DNA of 64,000 nucleotides from a virus. Under the pieces are notes generated by a model, which had not been told where the DNA came from, did no database searches, and saw only the letters and a program-made list of their open reading frames with translations. The DNA lies in IMG/VR virus record IMGVR_UViG_3300042197_002147, positions 64,001 through 128,000 of that record. One strand, written 5' to 3'. A program made the translations under genes and the position numbers. Of the stretch, positions 37,687 through 46,291 are shown piece after piece; the first letter of the stretch is position 1; every line of letters begins with the position of its first letter.

Positions 37687-39080
37687 ACAGCATAGAACAG
37701 ATTATACTTCACAATCTGATTAAAAATGAATCTTTCTCTCGTAGAGTGATTCCATTTTTAATTAAGGATTATTTTCATGATCGGTCTGAAAGATTTGTTT
37801 TTGAAACAATTCAAGACTATATTGTGAAGTATAATAGTCTCCCCACCAAGGAGGCACTGTTCATTATCATTGACAAGAATCGTTCTGTAAGTGAAGAAGA
37901 AGTCAAAAAGATATCTGAAATCATTGAAGACATTTCAAAGGATTCTGATCCAGTTGATGTAGATTGGTTAACCAAAGAAACAGAAACTTTTTGCAAAGAT
38001 AAAGCAGTTTACAATGCCATAATGGAGTCTGTAAATATCATTGATGGAAAGTCTCAGCAGAGCGCAGGAGCAATACCAGACATTCTGAGTAAAGCTCTTG
38101 CTGTTTCTTTTGATCCAAACATTGGTCACGATTATATTGAAGATTATTCAAAGCGTTATGACTTTTATCACATTGTGGAAAAGAAGATTCCATTTGACCT
38201 TGAATACTTCAACGCAATTACAAAGGATGGTATTGCTCCAAAAACGCTAAACATTGTAATGGCCGGAACTGGTGTTGGTAAATCTTTGTTTCTTTGTCAT
38301 CATGCTGCTTGTTGTTTGCGTCAAAACATGAGTGTTCTTTACATTACTTGTGAAATGGCAGAAGAAAGAATTGCAGAAAGAATTGATGCAAATTTCTTGG
38401 ACACAAATCTAGATGATCTCAAGGATCTTAGCAAAACTGTTTATGAGAAAAAGGTTGAATCTGCCGCAGCAGGAATTACTGGTAAATTGATTATCAAGGA
38501 ATATCCAACAGGTGTTGCAAATGCCAACCACTTTAGATTTCTTCTAGATGAATTGAAGTTGAAGAAAAAGTTCAAACCAGATATTATTTTTATTGATTAT
38601 TTAAACATCTGCTCATCTTCACGCTTCAAGGGAGCAAAAAATGTCAATTCTTATGAGTATGTAAAGTCCATTGCAGAAGAACTGCGGGGTCTTGCTATTG
38701 AATATAATGTTCCTATTTTTAGTGCAACACAAACAAATCGTGCAGGATATTCAAATACTGATGTAGATCTTGAGAACACATCTGAATCTTTTGGTCTTCC
38801 CGCAACTTGTGATTTTATGTTTGCTCTAATCTCAACCGAGGAGTTGGATGAGTTAAATCAAATAATGGTAAAGCAGTTGAAGAATCGTTACAATGACAAG
38901 GCTAAAAACAGAAAATTCATTGTTGGAATCAATAGAGCAAAAATGAAATTATTTGATGTTCAGAAAGAAGATCAAGGTTACATTGCAGAAAGCGGTCAAA
39001 AGAAAGAAGAAGACTTTTTTGCAAAGGAAAAGAAACAAAACTTTAGAGAACAAAAGAAGTTTGATTCTTGGAAGATATAA
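37683..39080 (+). CDS. gp41: Replicative DNA helicase (T4 gp41)
   Basis: AGTGVGKS, EMAEERIAERID, IDYLNIC, SATQTNR, SESFGLP, KQLKNRY. Confidence 0.96.
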   Translation: MNSIEQIILHNLIKNESFSRRVIPFLIKDYFHDRSERFVFETIQDYIVKYNSLPTKEALFIIIDKNRSVSEEEVKKISEIIEDISKDSDPVDVDWLTKETETFCKDKAVYNAIMESVNIIDGKSQQSAGAIPDILSKALAVSFDPNIGHDYIEDYSKRYDFYHIVEKKIPFDLEYFNAITKDGIAPKTLNIVMAGTGVGKSLFLCHHAACCLRQNMSVLYITCEMAEERIAERIDANFLDTNLDDLKDLSKTVYEKKVESAAAGITGKLIIKEYPTGVANANHFRFLLDELKLKKKFKPDIIFIDYLNICSSSRFKGAKNVNSYEYVKSIAEELRGLAIEYNVPIFSATQTNRAGYSNTDVDLENTSESFGLPATCDFMFALISTEELDELNQIMVKQLKNRYNDKAKNRKFIVGINRAKMKLFDVQKEDQGYIAESGQKKEEDFFAKEKKQNFREQKKFDSWKI

Positions 39081-40090
39081 TGTCTAGTTATATTGATAAA
39101 AAATACATAAACATGGTTTCTCCACTTCTTGAAAAGTTTAAGTGGAAAAAAGATAATCTTGCAAATTGTCGTTGTCCATTGTGTGGTGATTCCGACAGAA
39201 GCAAAATAAAAGCAAGAGGATATTTCTACAAAAAGGGAAATGATTTTTTTTACAAGTGTCATAACTGTGGAATAGGTCACAATCTTCATAATTTTTTGGA
39301 AAAAGTTTCTTTATCATTGTGCAAAGAATATGCACTGGAAAGGTATCGTTCTGGTGAAAATGGCAACTCCAATTACAAGAAACCAGAAGAAAGACAGTTG
39401 TATCCTTTCAAAGAACAAATTAAATTCGACACTCTATCAAATTTTCAGTCTTCAAATGAAATAATTTCTAATTTTGTAAATGAAAGACAAATTCCACAAA
39501 ATCGTTTTGTTGATATCGGATATACTGATGACTTTGGTGCTTTTGCAAAGCAATTTCAAACTGATTACGATTTAGCAAAAGAAGAAAGAATAGTTATTCT
39601 TATTCGTGATGAAAATGGAGATGTAATTGGAGCACAAGGAAGAACTATTTCCAAAATACCAAAAAAGAATGTTCCAAAGTATATCACACTAAGAAAAACA
39701 GAAGACACTAAACTAATTTATGGTATAGATAAATTGAATAAGAAGAAAACCTTTTATGTTGTTGAAGGCCCAATTGACAGCATGTTTATAGATAATTCAA
39801 TTGCTTGTTTGGGTAGTAGTGGTTTTATTGATATGGCTAAAGAATATTCAAAAGGTGTCTTTATTTTAGACAATGAACCAAGAAACAAACAAACTGTTGA
39901 AATTCTTTCAGAACTTGTTAAAATGGGTGTAAAGGTTGTAATTTGGCCTGCATCTTGTAAAGAAAAAGATATCAATGAAGTGATTAAAAAACATGGAAGG
40001 CAATATATGGAAGCAATACTAGAAAATTGTGTTTACAGTGGACTTAAAGCAGTATTGGAATTCCATAGTTGGAAAAAATGCAATGTCTGA
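39080..40090 (+). CDS. gp61: DNA primase (T4 gp61)
   Basis: CRCPLCGDS...CHNC zinc finger, VEGPIDSMF, DNEPRN, KDIN. Confidence 0.95.
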   Translation: MSSYIDKKYINMVSPLLEKFKWKKDNLANCRCPLCGDSDRSKIKARGYFYKKGNDFFYKCHNCGIGHNLHNFLEKVSLSLCKEYALERYRSGENGNSNYKKPEERQLYPFKEQIKFDTLSNFQSSNEIISNFVNERQIPQNRFVDIGYTDDFGAFAKQFQTDYDLAKEERIVILIRDENGDVIGAQGRTISKIPKKNVPKYITLRKTEDTKLIYGIDKLNKKKTFYVVEGPIDSMFIDNSIACLGSSGFIDMAKEYSKGVFILDNEPRNKQTVEILSELVKMGVKVVIWPASCKEKDINEVIKKHGRQYMEAILENCVYSGLKAVLEFHSWKKCNV

Positions 40091-40265
40091 AGGAAGAGAT
40101 GATTATCTAGTCACGAGAGCAGTTGCAGAATTTGGATTAAAGTTTGCAGAATATGTAAATGAAATGGATCCAGAACTATGGAGAAGAGCTCTTGATTATG
40201 CAAAGCATTATACAAAAGTTGATGGTATAGAATTCAGAAGTGTGGATAAAAAAGATGAACAGTGA
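40083..40265 (+). CDS. Small hypothetical protein
   Basis: 60 aa from ATG 40083, overlapping the primase stop. Confidence 0.55.
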   Translation: MSEGRDDYLVTRAVAEFGLKFAEYVNEMDPELWRRALDYAKHYTKVDGIEFRSVDKKDEQ

Positions 40266-40500
40266 ATATAAGTTAAACCCAATTAATGAATTTTGTAATG
40301 TTGAAAATTCAAAATTGCTAAAAAATAGAATATCTGAGATGTCTGTTTTAGAAAGAATAGAATCGGGATCAATGTCTCAAATGTTTTCTTTTTGGCGAGA
40401 AATTCAAGAAATATTGTTTTCGGCAGCAGAGGAAATAAAAAGATTAAATAAAAAAATAGAAGAATTGGAGAATTCTAAAAATGGATCAAACAGTAAATGA
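40255..40500 (+). CDS. Small coiled-coil hypothetical protein
   Basis: AAEEIKRLNKKIEELE coiled-coil; fills the gap before thyX. Confidence 0.55.
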   Translation: MNSEYKLNPINEFCNVENSKLLKNRISEMSVLERIESGSMSQMFSFWREIQEILFSAAEEIKRLNKKIEELENSKNGSNSK

Positions 40501-41206
40501 AAATAAAATATCTGTTATTGATGGAATTGGTTTTGTTCAACTTGTCGATAACATGGGTAGTGATTTGAGTGTGGTAAATGCTGCAAGAGTTTCTTTTAAT
40601 AAAGAAAGCGAGTGGGAAGAGATTGACCATGAAGGTAATGGTGTTCTTGGTGAAAAAGATACAAAACTTATTAATTATCTCGCAAAACACAAACACTGGA
40701 CTCCATTCGCCCATCCACAAATTACATTGAGAATTAAAGCACCAATTTTCGTTAGAACTCAGCTATTTAAGCATAAAGTTGGGTTTGTTGAAAATGAAGT
40801 TTCTCGTCGCTATGTTACATATGAACCAGAAATTTATGTTCCTCGTTGGAGATCCGCTCCAACTAATGGAGCAAAACAAGGTTCAAATGATTTTATGAAT
40901 ATTGATATCGAATATAACGATTGCAATAGAATTTATAATTTTATAGCAAAGGAATCTTTGGATGTGTATAACACACTTTTGAAAAAAGGAGTGGCACCAG
41001 AACAAGCAAGATCTGTTCTTCCACAAGGAACATATACAGAATGGTGGTGGACTGGTTCTCTTTCTGCGTATGCACGAGTTTATCACCAAAGAATTGATTC
41101 ACACGCACAATGGGAAATACAGCAGTATGCAAAGGCAATTGGAGAGTTAATTGCCCCACTTTATCCAGAATCTTGGAAAGTTCTTACTGCCGTTTCTTCG
41201 ACTTGA
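40481..41206 (+). CDS. thyX: Flavin-dependent thymidylate synthase ThyX
   Basis: VVNAARVS, HWTPFAH, NEVSRRY, APEQARSVLP, HAQWEI. Confidence 0.95.
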   Translation: MDQTVNENKISVIDGIGFVQLVDNMGSDLSVVNAARVSFNKESEWEEIDHEGNGVLGEKDTKLINYLAKHKHWTPFAHPQITLRIKAPIFVRTQLFKHKVGFVENEVSRRYVTYEPEIYVPRWRSAPTNGAKQGSNDFMNIDIEYNDCNRIYNFIAKESLDVYNTLLKKGVAPEQARSVLPQGTYTEWWWTGSLSAYARVYHQRIDSHAQWEIQQYAKAIGELIAPLYPESWKVLTAVSST

Positions 41207-41244
41207 TTATAGATATACTTACCAACTTCACAGGAGTTTAAAAA

Positions 41245-43176
41245 ATGAATGATATTAAATTGCCAACTCTTTATCAAGAGTTTATACACCTTTCTCGTTA
41301 CTCACGCTGGCTTGAAACAGAAAAGAGGAGAGAAACATGGCAGGAAACTGTAAGTCGATATTTTAATTTCTTTGAAAGTCACCTCAAAGAAAAGCAAAAT
41401 TTTATATTGACTTCAGAATTAAGAAGTGAATTAGAAACAGCAGTTTTGAATTTAGAAATAATGCCTAGCATGAGAGCATTGATGACTGCTGGAGAGGCAC
41501 TTGACCGCGATAATACCGCAGGGTATAATTGCTCATATGTTGCAGTCAATCGTGTACGAGCATTTGATGAAATATTATACATACTCATGTGTGGCACCGG
41601 CGTCGGTTTCTCCGTCGAAAGACAATATGTTGAAAAACTTCCAACGATTGCGGAGGAATTTACAAACAGTGAAACCACTATTGTTGTCCAAGATAGTAAG
41701 GCTGGTTGGGCTAAGGCGTACAGGGAACTTGTTTCCTTACTTATTGGAGGCCAAATTCCAAAATGGGACATGTCAAAGGTTCGTCCTTCTGGCGCAAGAC
41801 TTAAGACATTTGGTGGCCGTGCGTCCGGTCCGGGGCCATTGGAAGATCTCTTTAGATTCACAACTGACACTTTTAAAAAGGCTTCAGGAAGAAAACTCAC
41901 TTCCATCGAATGCCATGATATCGTCTGTAAGATTGCAGAAGTTGTCGTGGTCGGAGGTGTGCGACGATCTGCACTTATATCACTTAGTAATCTCACTGAT
42001 GAACGGATGCGGGATGCAAAGTCAGGGGCTTGGTGGAACGACAATCCGCAACGCGCATTGGCCAACAACTCAGTTGCTTACAAAGAAAAACCAGACATGG
42101 GCATTTTCATGGAGGAATGGGTTTCTCTCTATAAGAGCAAGAGTGGTGAGCGTGGTATCTTCAATCGTGACGCTTGCAAAAAGACTGTTGCTAAACTAGG
42201 TGATCGTCGTGATGCTGGTTATGAGTTTGGAACAAATCCTTGCTCAGAAATTATTCTTCGTGACCGTGAGTTTTGCAATTTAACAGAAGTTGTTGTTCGT
42301 TCCACAGATACTGCCGAAGATCTTGCTCGAAAAGTTCGTTTAGCAACAATTCTTGGAACATTTCAAGCATCACTCACAAACTTTCCATATCTTTCTAGCG
42401 AATGGAAAAAGAATTGTGAAGAGGAATGTCTCTTGGGTGTGTCTTTAACCGGAATATTAGACAATGAAGACATGACTACGGATGTCATTAATCTAGAAAA
42501 GGGATTGGTAAAACTGAAACAAATAGCAATAGATGTCAACAAGGAATTTGCAAAAAAGATTGGAATCAACCAAGCAGCAGCAATTACTTGTGTAAAACCA
42601 TCAGGAACAGTATCACAACTTGTTGATGCTGCATCGGGAATTCATCCAAGACACAGCCAATACTATGTTAGAACAGTTCGTGCAGATAGAAAAGATCCAC
42701 TATGTCAAATGATGATTGACCTTGGATTTCCACACGAACCATGTGTAATGAAACCCGATTCTGTCATGGTTTTCTCTTTCCCGATGAAATCACCGGATGG
42801 TTGTCTGACAAGAAATGATTTAACCGCAATAGAACATTTACAACTTTGGTTAACTTATCAAAGGTTCTGGTGTGAGCATAAACCAAGCATAACAATCACT
42901 GTTCGTGAGAATGAATGGATGGAGGTTGGTGCATGGGTCTACAAGCACTTTGATGAAATTAGCGGTATTTCATTCCTACCACACAGTGATCATAATTATC
43001 GCCAAGCACCCTATCAAGAGTGCGGAAAAGAAGAACATGATTTACTTTTGGCAAAAATGCCAAACGGTGTGAATTGGTTGGATTTGATTAAATACGAAAA
43101 AGAAGACAAAACATCAGGAACACAAACTTTTGCCTGTAGTGGCGATAAGTGTGAATTAGTAGATATTACTTCTTAG
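41245..43176 (+). CDS. nrdJ: Class II (adenosylcobalamin-dependent) ribonucleotide reductase
   Basis: PSMR, GYNC, GTGVGF, GGVRRSA, GTNPCSEI, TCVKPSGT, C-terminal CSGDKC; no nrdB partner in the window. Confidence 0.92.
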   Translation: MNDIKLPTLYQEFIHLSRYSRWLETEKRRETWQETVSRYFNFFESHLKEKQNFILTSELRSELETAVLNLEIMPSMRALMTAGEALDRDNTAGYNCSYVAVNRVRAFDEILYILMCGTGVGFSVERQYVEKLPTIAEEFTNSETTIVVQDSKAGWAKAYRELVSLLIGGQIPKWDMSKVRPSGARLKTFGGRASGPGPLEDLFRFTTDTFKKASGRKLTSIECHDIVCKIAEVVVVGGVRRSALISLSNLTDERMRDAKSGAWWNDNPQRALANNSVAYKEKPDMGIFMEEWVSLYKSKSGERGIFNRDACKKTVAKLGDRRDAGYEFGTNPCSEIILRDREFCNLTEVVVRSTDTAEDLARKVRLATILGTFQASLTNFPYLSSEWKKNCEEECLLGVSLTGILDNEDMTTDVINLEKGLVKLKQIAIDVNKEFAKKIGINQAAAITCVKPSGTVSQLVDAASGIHPRHSQYYVRTVRADRKDPLCQMMIDLGFPHEPCVMKPDSVMVFSFPMKSPDGCLTRNDLTAIEHLQLWLTYQRFWCEHKPSITITVRENEWMEVGAWVYKHFDEISGISFLPHSDHNYRQAPYQECGKEEHDLLLAKMPNGVNWLDLIKYEKEDKTSGTQTFACSGDKCELVDITS

Positions 43177-43423
43177 TACCTTTTGTTCTACTTCTAATAA
43201 TCTCGCGGATGTCCATCTCTTCATCTTGATGGGCATCCGCTTGTTTATGTAATTTTTCTGCCTTTTCTTGGTTTCCTGCCTCTTTTGCCTTGACAGCATT
43301 ATCACGAACAACACTTACTTTTTTGGAATAAGTGTTTCCGAGTTTTCTTAACTCGCTTGTTGGCAGTTTCATTAATTCTGACTTTGGGTGACTTTCTTTT
43401 AAAAATGATGCGAATGATTTCAT
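43166..43423 (-). CDS. Small putative internal head protein with capsid-targeting-like leader
   Basis: MKSFASFLKE|S leader; CATAAATA on the - strand at 43440-47; GAGGA RBS. Confidence 0.65.
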   Translation of the reverse strand: MKSFASFLKESHPKSELMKLPTSELRKLGNTYSKKVSVVRDNAVKAKEAGNQEKAEKLHKQADAHQDEEMDIREIIRSRTKGTKK

Positions 43424-43464
43424 AGTTTATCCTCAACTATATTTATGTTTTTATTAAATAGGCG

Positions 43465-43472
43465 TATAAATA
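43465..43472 (+). promoter_or_regulatory. T4-type late promoter
   Basis: TATAAATA exact match, 6 nt before the structured element. Confidence 0.7.
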
Positions 43473-43478
43473 TTTATG

Positions 43479-43553
43479 ACCCACGCAACTGTGAGATTAA
43501 CCACCCGAAGTTGATGGGGGAGCTAAGACTCCAATCTCCGCAGTTGCGTGGGT
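43479..43553 (+). ncRNA. Putative ~75 nt structured RNA (long closing stem + two hairpins)
   Basis: ACCCACGCAACTGTGAGATT pairs with AATCTCCGCAGTTGCGTGGGT; inner CCC-GAAGTTGAT-GGG and GGAG-CTAAGA-CTCC hairpins. Confidence 0.6.
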
Positions 43554-43577
43554 AAAGTTTTATGCATAAATATTAGT

Positions 43578-44138
43578 ATGATTATTGCAGGAATTGATTA
43601 TAGTTTAAATGGACCGGCAATTTGTGTAGCCAATACGGATAAATCTTTTTGTTTTGATAATTGTTCTTTTTATTTTCTAACAGATGTAAAAAGAAATGCA
43701 AAAACATTTTTAACAAACATCCATGGCGAAGCATTTGAAGACTACAATGAAGATTGTGAGAGATACGACACATTATCCGATTGGGTGATGCGCGTTTGTT
43801 CTGGTTGCGAACAGATAGCACTTGAGGGTTACGCTTATGGAGCACAGGGTAGGGTGTTTCATATAGCAGAAAATACTGGTTTATTGAAGTATAAAATTTA
43901 TCAAACAAGAACACCATTGACAATTATCCCACCAACAGAAGTCAAAAAATATGCAACCGGCAAAGGAAATTCCGATAAGCAAAAAATGTATAGTTCTTTT
44001 GTTTTGGATACAAATATTTTTCTAAACACAATAATGACACCGGACAAGAAAGAAATTTCAAGTCCGGTGTCAGATATTGTAGATTCTTTTTATATTTGTA
44101 AGATACTTTATAACAAAATTTTAGACTCTTCTTCTTGA
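43578..44138 (+). CDS. RuvC-like Holliday junction resolvase
   Basis: IAGIDYS, IALEGY, PTEVKKYATGKGNSDK, DIVDS; CATAAATA at 43565-72. Confidence 0.85.
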   Translation: MIIAGIDYSLNGPAICVANTDKSFCFDNCSFYFLTDVKRNAKTFLTNIHGEAFEDYNEDCERYDTLSDWVMRVCSGCEQIALEGYAYGAQGRVFHIAENTGLLKYKIYQTRTPLTIIPPTEVKKYATGKGNSDKQKMYSSFVLDTNIFLNTIMTPDKKEISSPVSDIVDSFYICKILYNKILDSSS

Positions 44139-44750
44139 ACTCACTAAAGAAGCAATCGCAAGTAAACCTATAGCACCGGGTGAGGGTATTGCATTGACAC
44201 CAAATCCACAAAAATCAATGAGATTACCCTGTGTGGTTCCACCAGTTGCACTTACTGCTTCGAATGCAAATCTTGTCATATTTCCAATCGAAACTATTGA
44301 ACCAGTATGAAACTGCCATGCAGTCTCGTCTGCACTGAATGTATTTTGATATAGGATTGTGTCATCCCCTCCACCATAGGTCTGATCTGTTCCCAAATCT
44401 ATGATTGAAAGTTGCATAACATCAACACCATATCTTCCTCTGTGTGCAAAATGCCAATTTATTGTATTATTGTCACCCAACCCATTTACATGTTGGTAAA
44501 GTGTAGATGCATAATTTGCATTTAGTTCTGCAAAAGAATTGCCTTCATATGCGGGTGTTCCTAAAAATCCATCAGACCATATTTCTAATGTATTGTCTGG
44601 TGCAGTTGTTGCCCAATTTAGTGTTGGATCTGAACCAGAATAGAAACCATAACCCCAAACAGTAAAATCCTCAAAACCACCATTAACTAGATCTGCCGAG
44701 CATGTTGTAGATAGACTGATAGCCAGCAAAAGTGGTAACTTGTTCATCAA
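44121..44750 (-). CDS. PEP-CTERM-type (PAPG-variant) exosortase-substrate surface protein
   Basis: Signal peptide, DLVNGGFE beta-sandwich start, C-terminal IPSPGAIGLLAIASLVSSRRRV. Confidence 0.85.
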   Translation of the reverse strand: MMNKLPLLLAISLSTTCSADLVNGGFEDFTVWGYGFYSGSDPTLNWATTAPDNTLEIWSDGFLGTPAYEGNSFAELNANYASTLYQHVNGLGDNNTINWHFAHRGRYGVDVMQLSIIDLGTDQTYGGGDDTILYQNTFSADETAWQFHTGSIVSIGNMTRFAFEAVSATGGTTQGNLIDFCGFGVNAIPSPGAIGLLAIASLVSSRRRV

Positions 44751-45466
44751 ACTCTCTTTCTTGTTGAAAATAGTTGCGGAATCGCAAACAATGTCAATGT
44801 ACCAACCGATGGTACATTGTTTTGTGGTAAGTAGAATCCAGTTTCTATGCCGTAATATTCCCCGAACCCATAGTTTGTTCCTAGAGCAATGGTCGTAGAG
44901 TATTCGTCAAATGGCAATGCACTTGGCGTAAAGAAAAATGTATGCATGTCTGGGTTGACTGCTTGAATAGCGGGTACAAAATCTTGAGGCACTATATTTT
45001 TTGTAATCAATTGTGCAGGATTTATTTTAACTTGTTGTGTTTCTTCTACAAGTGTTGGTTCTTGCGGTTTTATTTCATCTTTAAATCTTGCAACTTCGTC
45101 CTCAAGACGATATGGCCTTGTTTCCTCTTTTTGATCAATTTTCTTTTTTGGAATATAAGCAAATTGTAATTTTTGAAAAGGAGCAAGTGCTTGTTTATTT
45201 TTTTCTTCTGCTTTTTCTTCTTCTTTTGTTTCTTCTAATTGTGTTTTTTGTAACTCTTTTGCAGAAGAAACTACAGAACCAAATGAAGAAATGTAAGAAG
45301 CAGCATTCTTTATTATTTGTTCGCCGGCCAATGTTAAAGAAACACTCATTACTATTGTCATAGTATGCAGTGATTTCTCTAATTGTTTTACTTTTTGTTT
45401 TGCGTCGTCACATGCCTTTGCACATGTTGTACAACCGCTGTGTTTTTGTTCCGATACTTTAGCCAT
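44747..45466 (-). CDS. Membrane protein with degenerate PEP-CTERM-like tail
   Basis: N-terminal CxxCxxxC + coiled coil + hydrophobic segment; C-terminal VPSVGTLTLFAIPQLFSTRKRV; strong AAGGGGAGGA RBS. Confidence 0.6.
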   Translation of the reverse strand: MAKVSEQKHSGCTTCAKACDDAKQKVKQLEKSLHTMTIVMSVSLTLAGEQIIKNAASYISSFGSVVSSAKELQKTQLEETKEEEKAEEKNKQALAPFQKLQFAYIPKKKIDQKEETRPYRLEDEVARFKDEIKPQEPTLVEETQQVKINPAQLITKNIVPQDFVPAIQAVNPDMHTFFFTPSALPFDEYSTTIALGTNYGFGEYYGIETGFYLPQNNVPSVGTLTLFAIPQLFSTRKRV

Positions 45467-45508
45467 GTCATCCTCCCCTTAAAGATGAACATAACGAAGA
45501 TTACTATA

Positions 45509-45835
45509 TTATGTATTTAATTGTTCTGGTTTGTTTGGTTTATTTTGAGTTGAATCGTCAATTCCATCACCATCTCTGTCTTTTTCATCTTTGATTAGAC
45601 CATCTTCACAAATCATTGGTTTTCGGATGAATTCTCTCCAAGCCCAAAGCAATGATATTAAAACAACAGGAGCATACCAAAGAGTCCATCCATAGGATGG
45701 TTTGGAAGCACCTTCTTGTGCAATTTCATCTTTAATTGCCATGAGAACAACATTGTCACTGGTATTATCTGGTACTATAAATGGAGTTGTGCATCCTGCT
45801 AGTAATAAAAGTGGTATATATTTTAAGTATTTCAT
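45509..45835 (-). CDS. Lipoprotein with an additional TM helix
   Basis: Lipobox LLLAGC; TM WTLWYAPVVLISLLWAW; DRDGDGID loop. Confidence 0.7.
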   Translation of the reverse strand: MKYLKYIPLLLLAGCTTPFIVPDNTSDNVVLMAIKDEIAQEGASKPSYGWTLWYAPVVLISLLWAWREFIRKPMICEDGLIKDEKDRDGDGIDDSTQNKPNKPEQLNT

Positions 45836-45844
45836 TGGTACTCC

Positions 45845-46291
45845 TTATGATTTGCTTGGCGTTGCTGCTGCTGTACCGAAATAGAATCCTACTATGCTTA
45901 ACAATATTTCTCTATTTTCGGATGACCAGAAAAATCCATTTATTTCAACGAAACTTTTTCTAGCAGTTTCTGGTATCAAACCAAATAATCCTTCTGGATT
46001 TTTTACATCAACCTCAACGAAGGTAGGAACACCAAAGAAAGGAAGGATAAATGGAGCAGCAAATGCACCAAATAAGACTGTAAGAACTATAATTTGTCTT
46101 ACAAATTTACCGGCATCAATACTTACTCTCTGGACTGCTTTATCTTGGTTTTCTGTTGTTTGTTGGTTTGCTTTGATCAATTGCTCGAACATTTGCTTTT
46201 GATCTGCACTTTTTTGTGCCATGAATTTGAACAAAAATCCAGTGACACCTCCTCCAACCATGCTAATTAATTCTGGTGAAAACATATTCAA
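45845..46291 (-). CDS. Holin-like multi-TM membrane protein
   Basis: Hydrophobic segments; C-terminal ILLSIVGFYFG motif typical of 3-TM holin-like proteins. Confidence 0.6.
   Translation of the reverse strand: MNMFSPELISMVGGGVTGFLFKFMAQKSADQKQMFEQLIKANQQTTENQDKAVQRVSIDAGKFVRQIIVLTVLFGAFAAPFILPFFGVPTFVEVDVKNPEGLFGLIPETARKSFVEINGFFWSSENREILLSIVGFYFGTAAATPSKS

Noticed and set aside
41379-42199. Long alternative-frame ORFs (229 aa antisense, 232 aa frameshifted) within nrdJ
   Set aside because: Shadow ORFs in a higher-GC conserved gene; no RBS/promoter or recognisable motifs
43578-44138. TnpB/Cas12/TIGR-Tas RNA-guided nuclease
   Set aside because: Only ~186 aa of contiguous RuvC fold with no visible zinc finger, REC/WED or Nop domain, and no tandem guide array; only the adjacent RNA is kept as a finding
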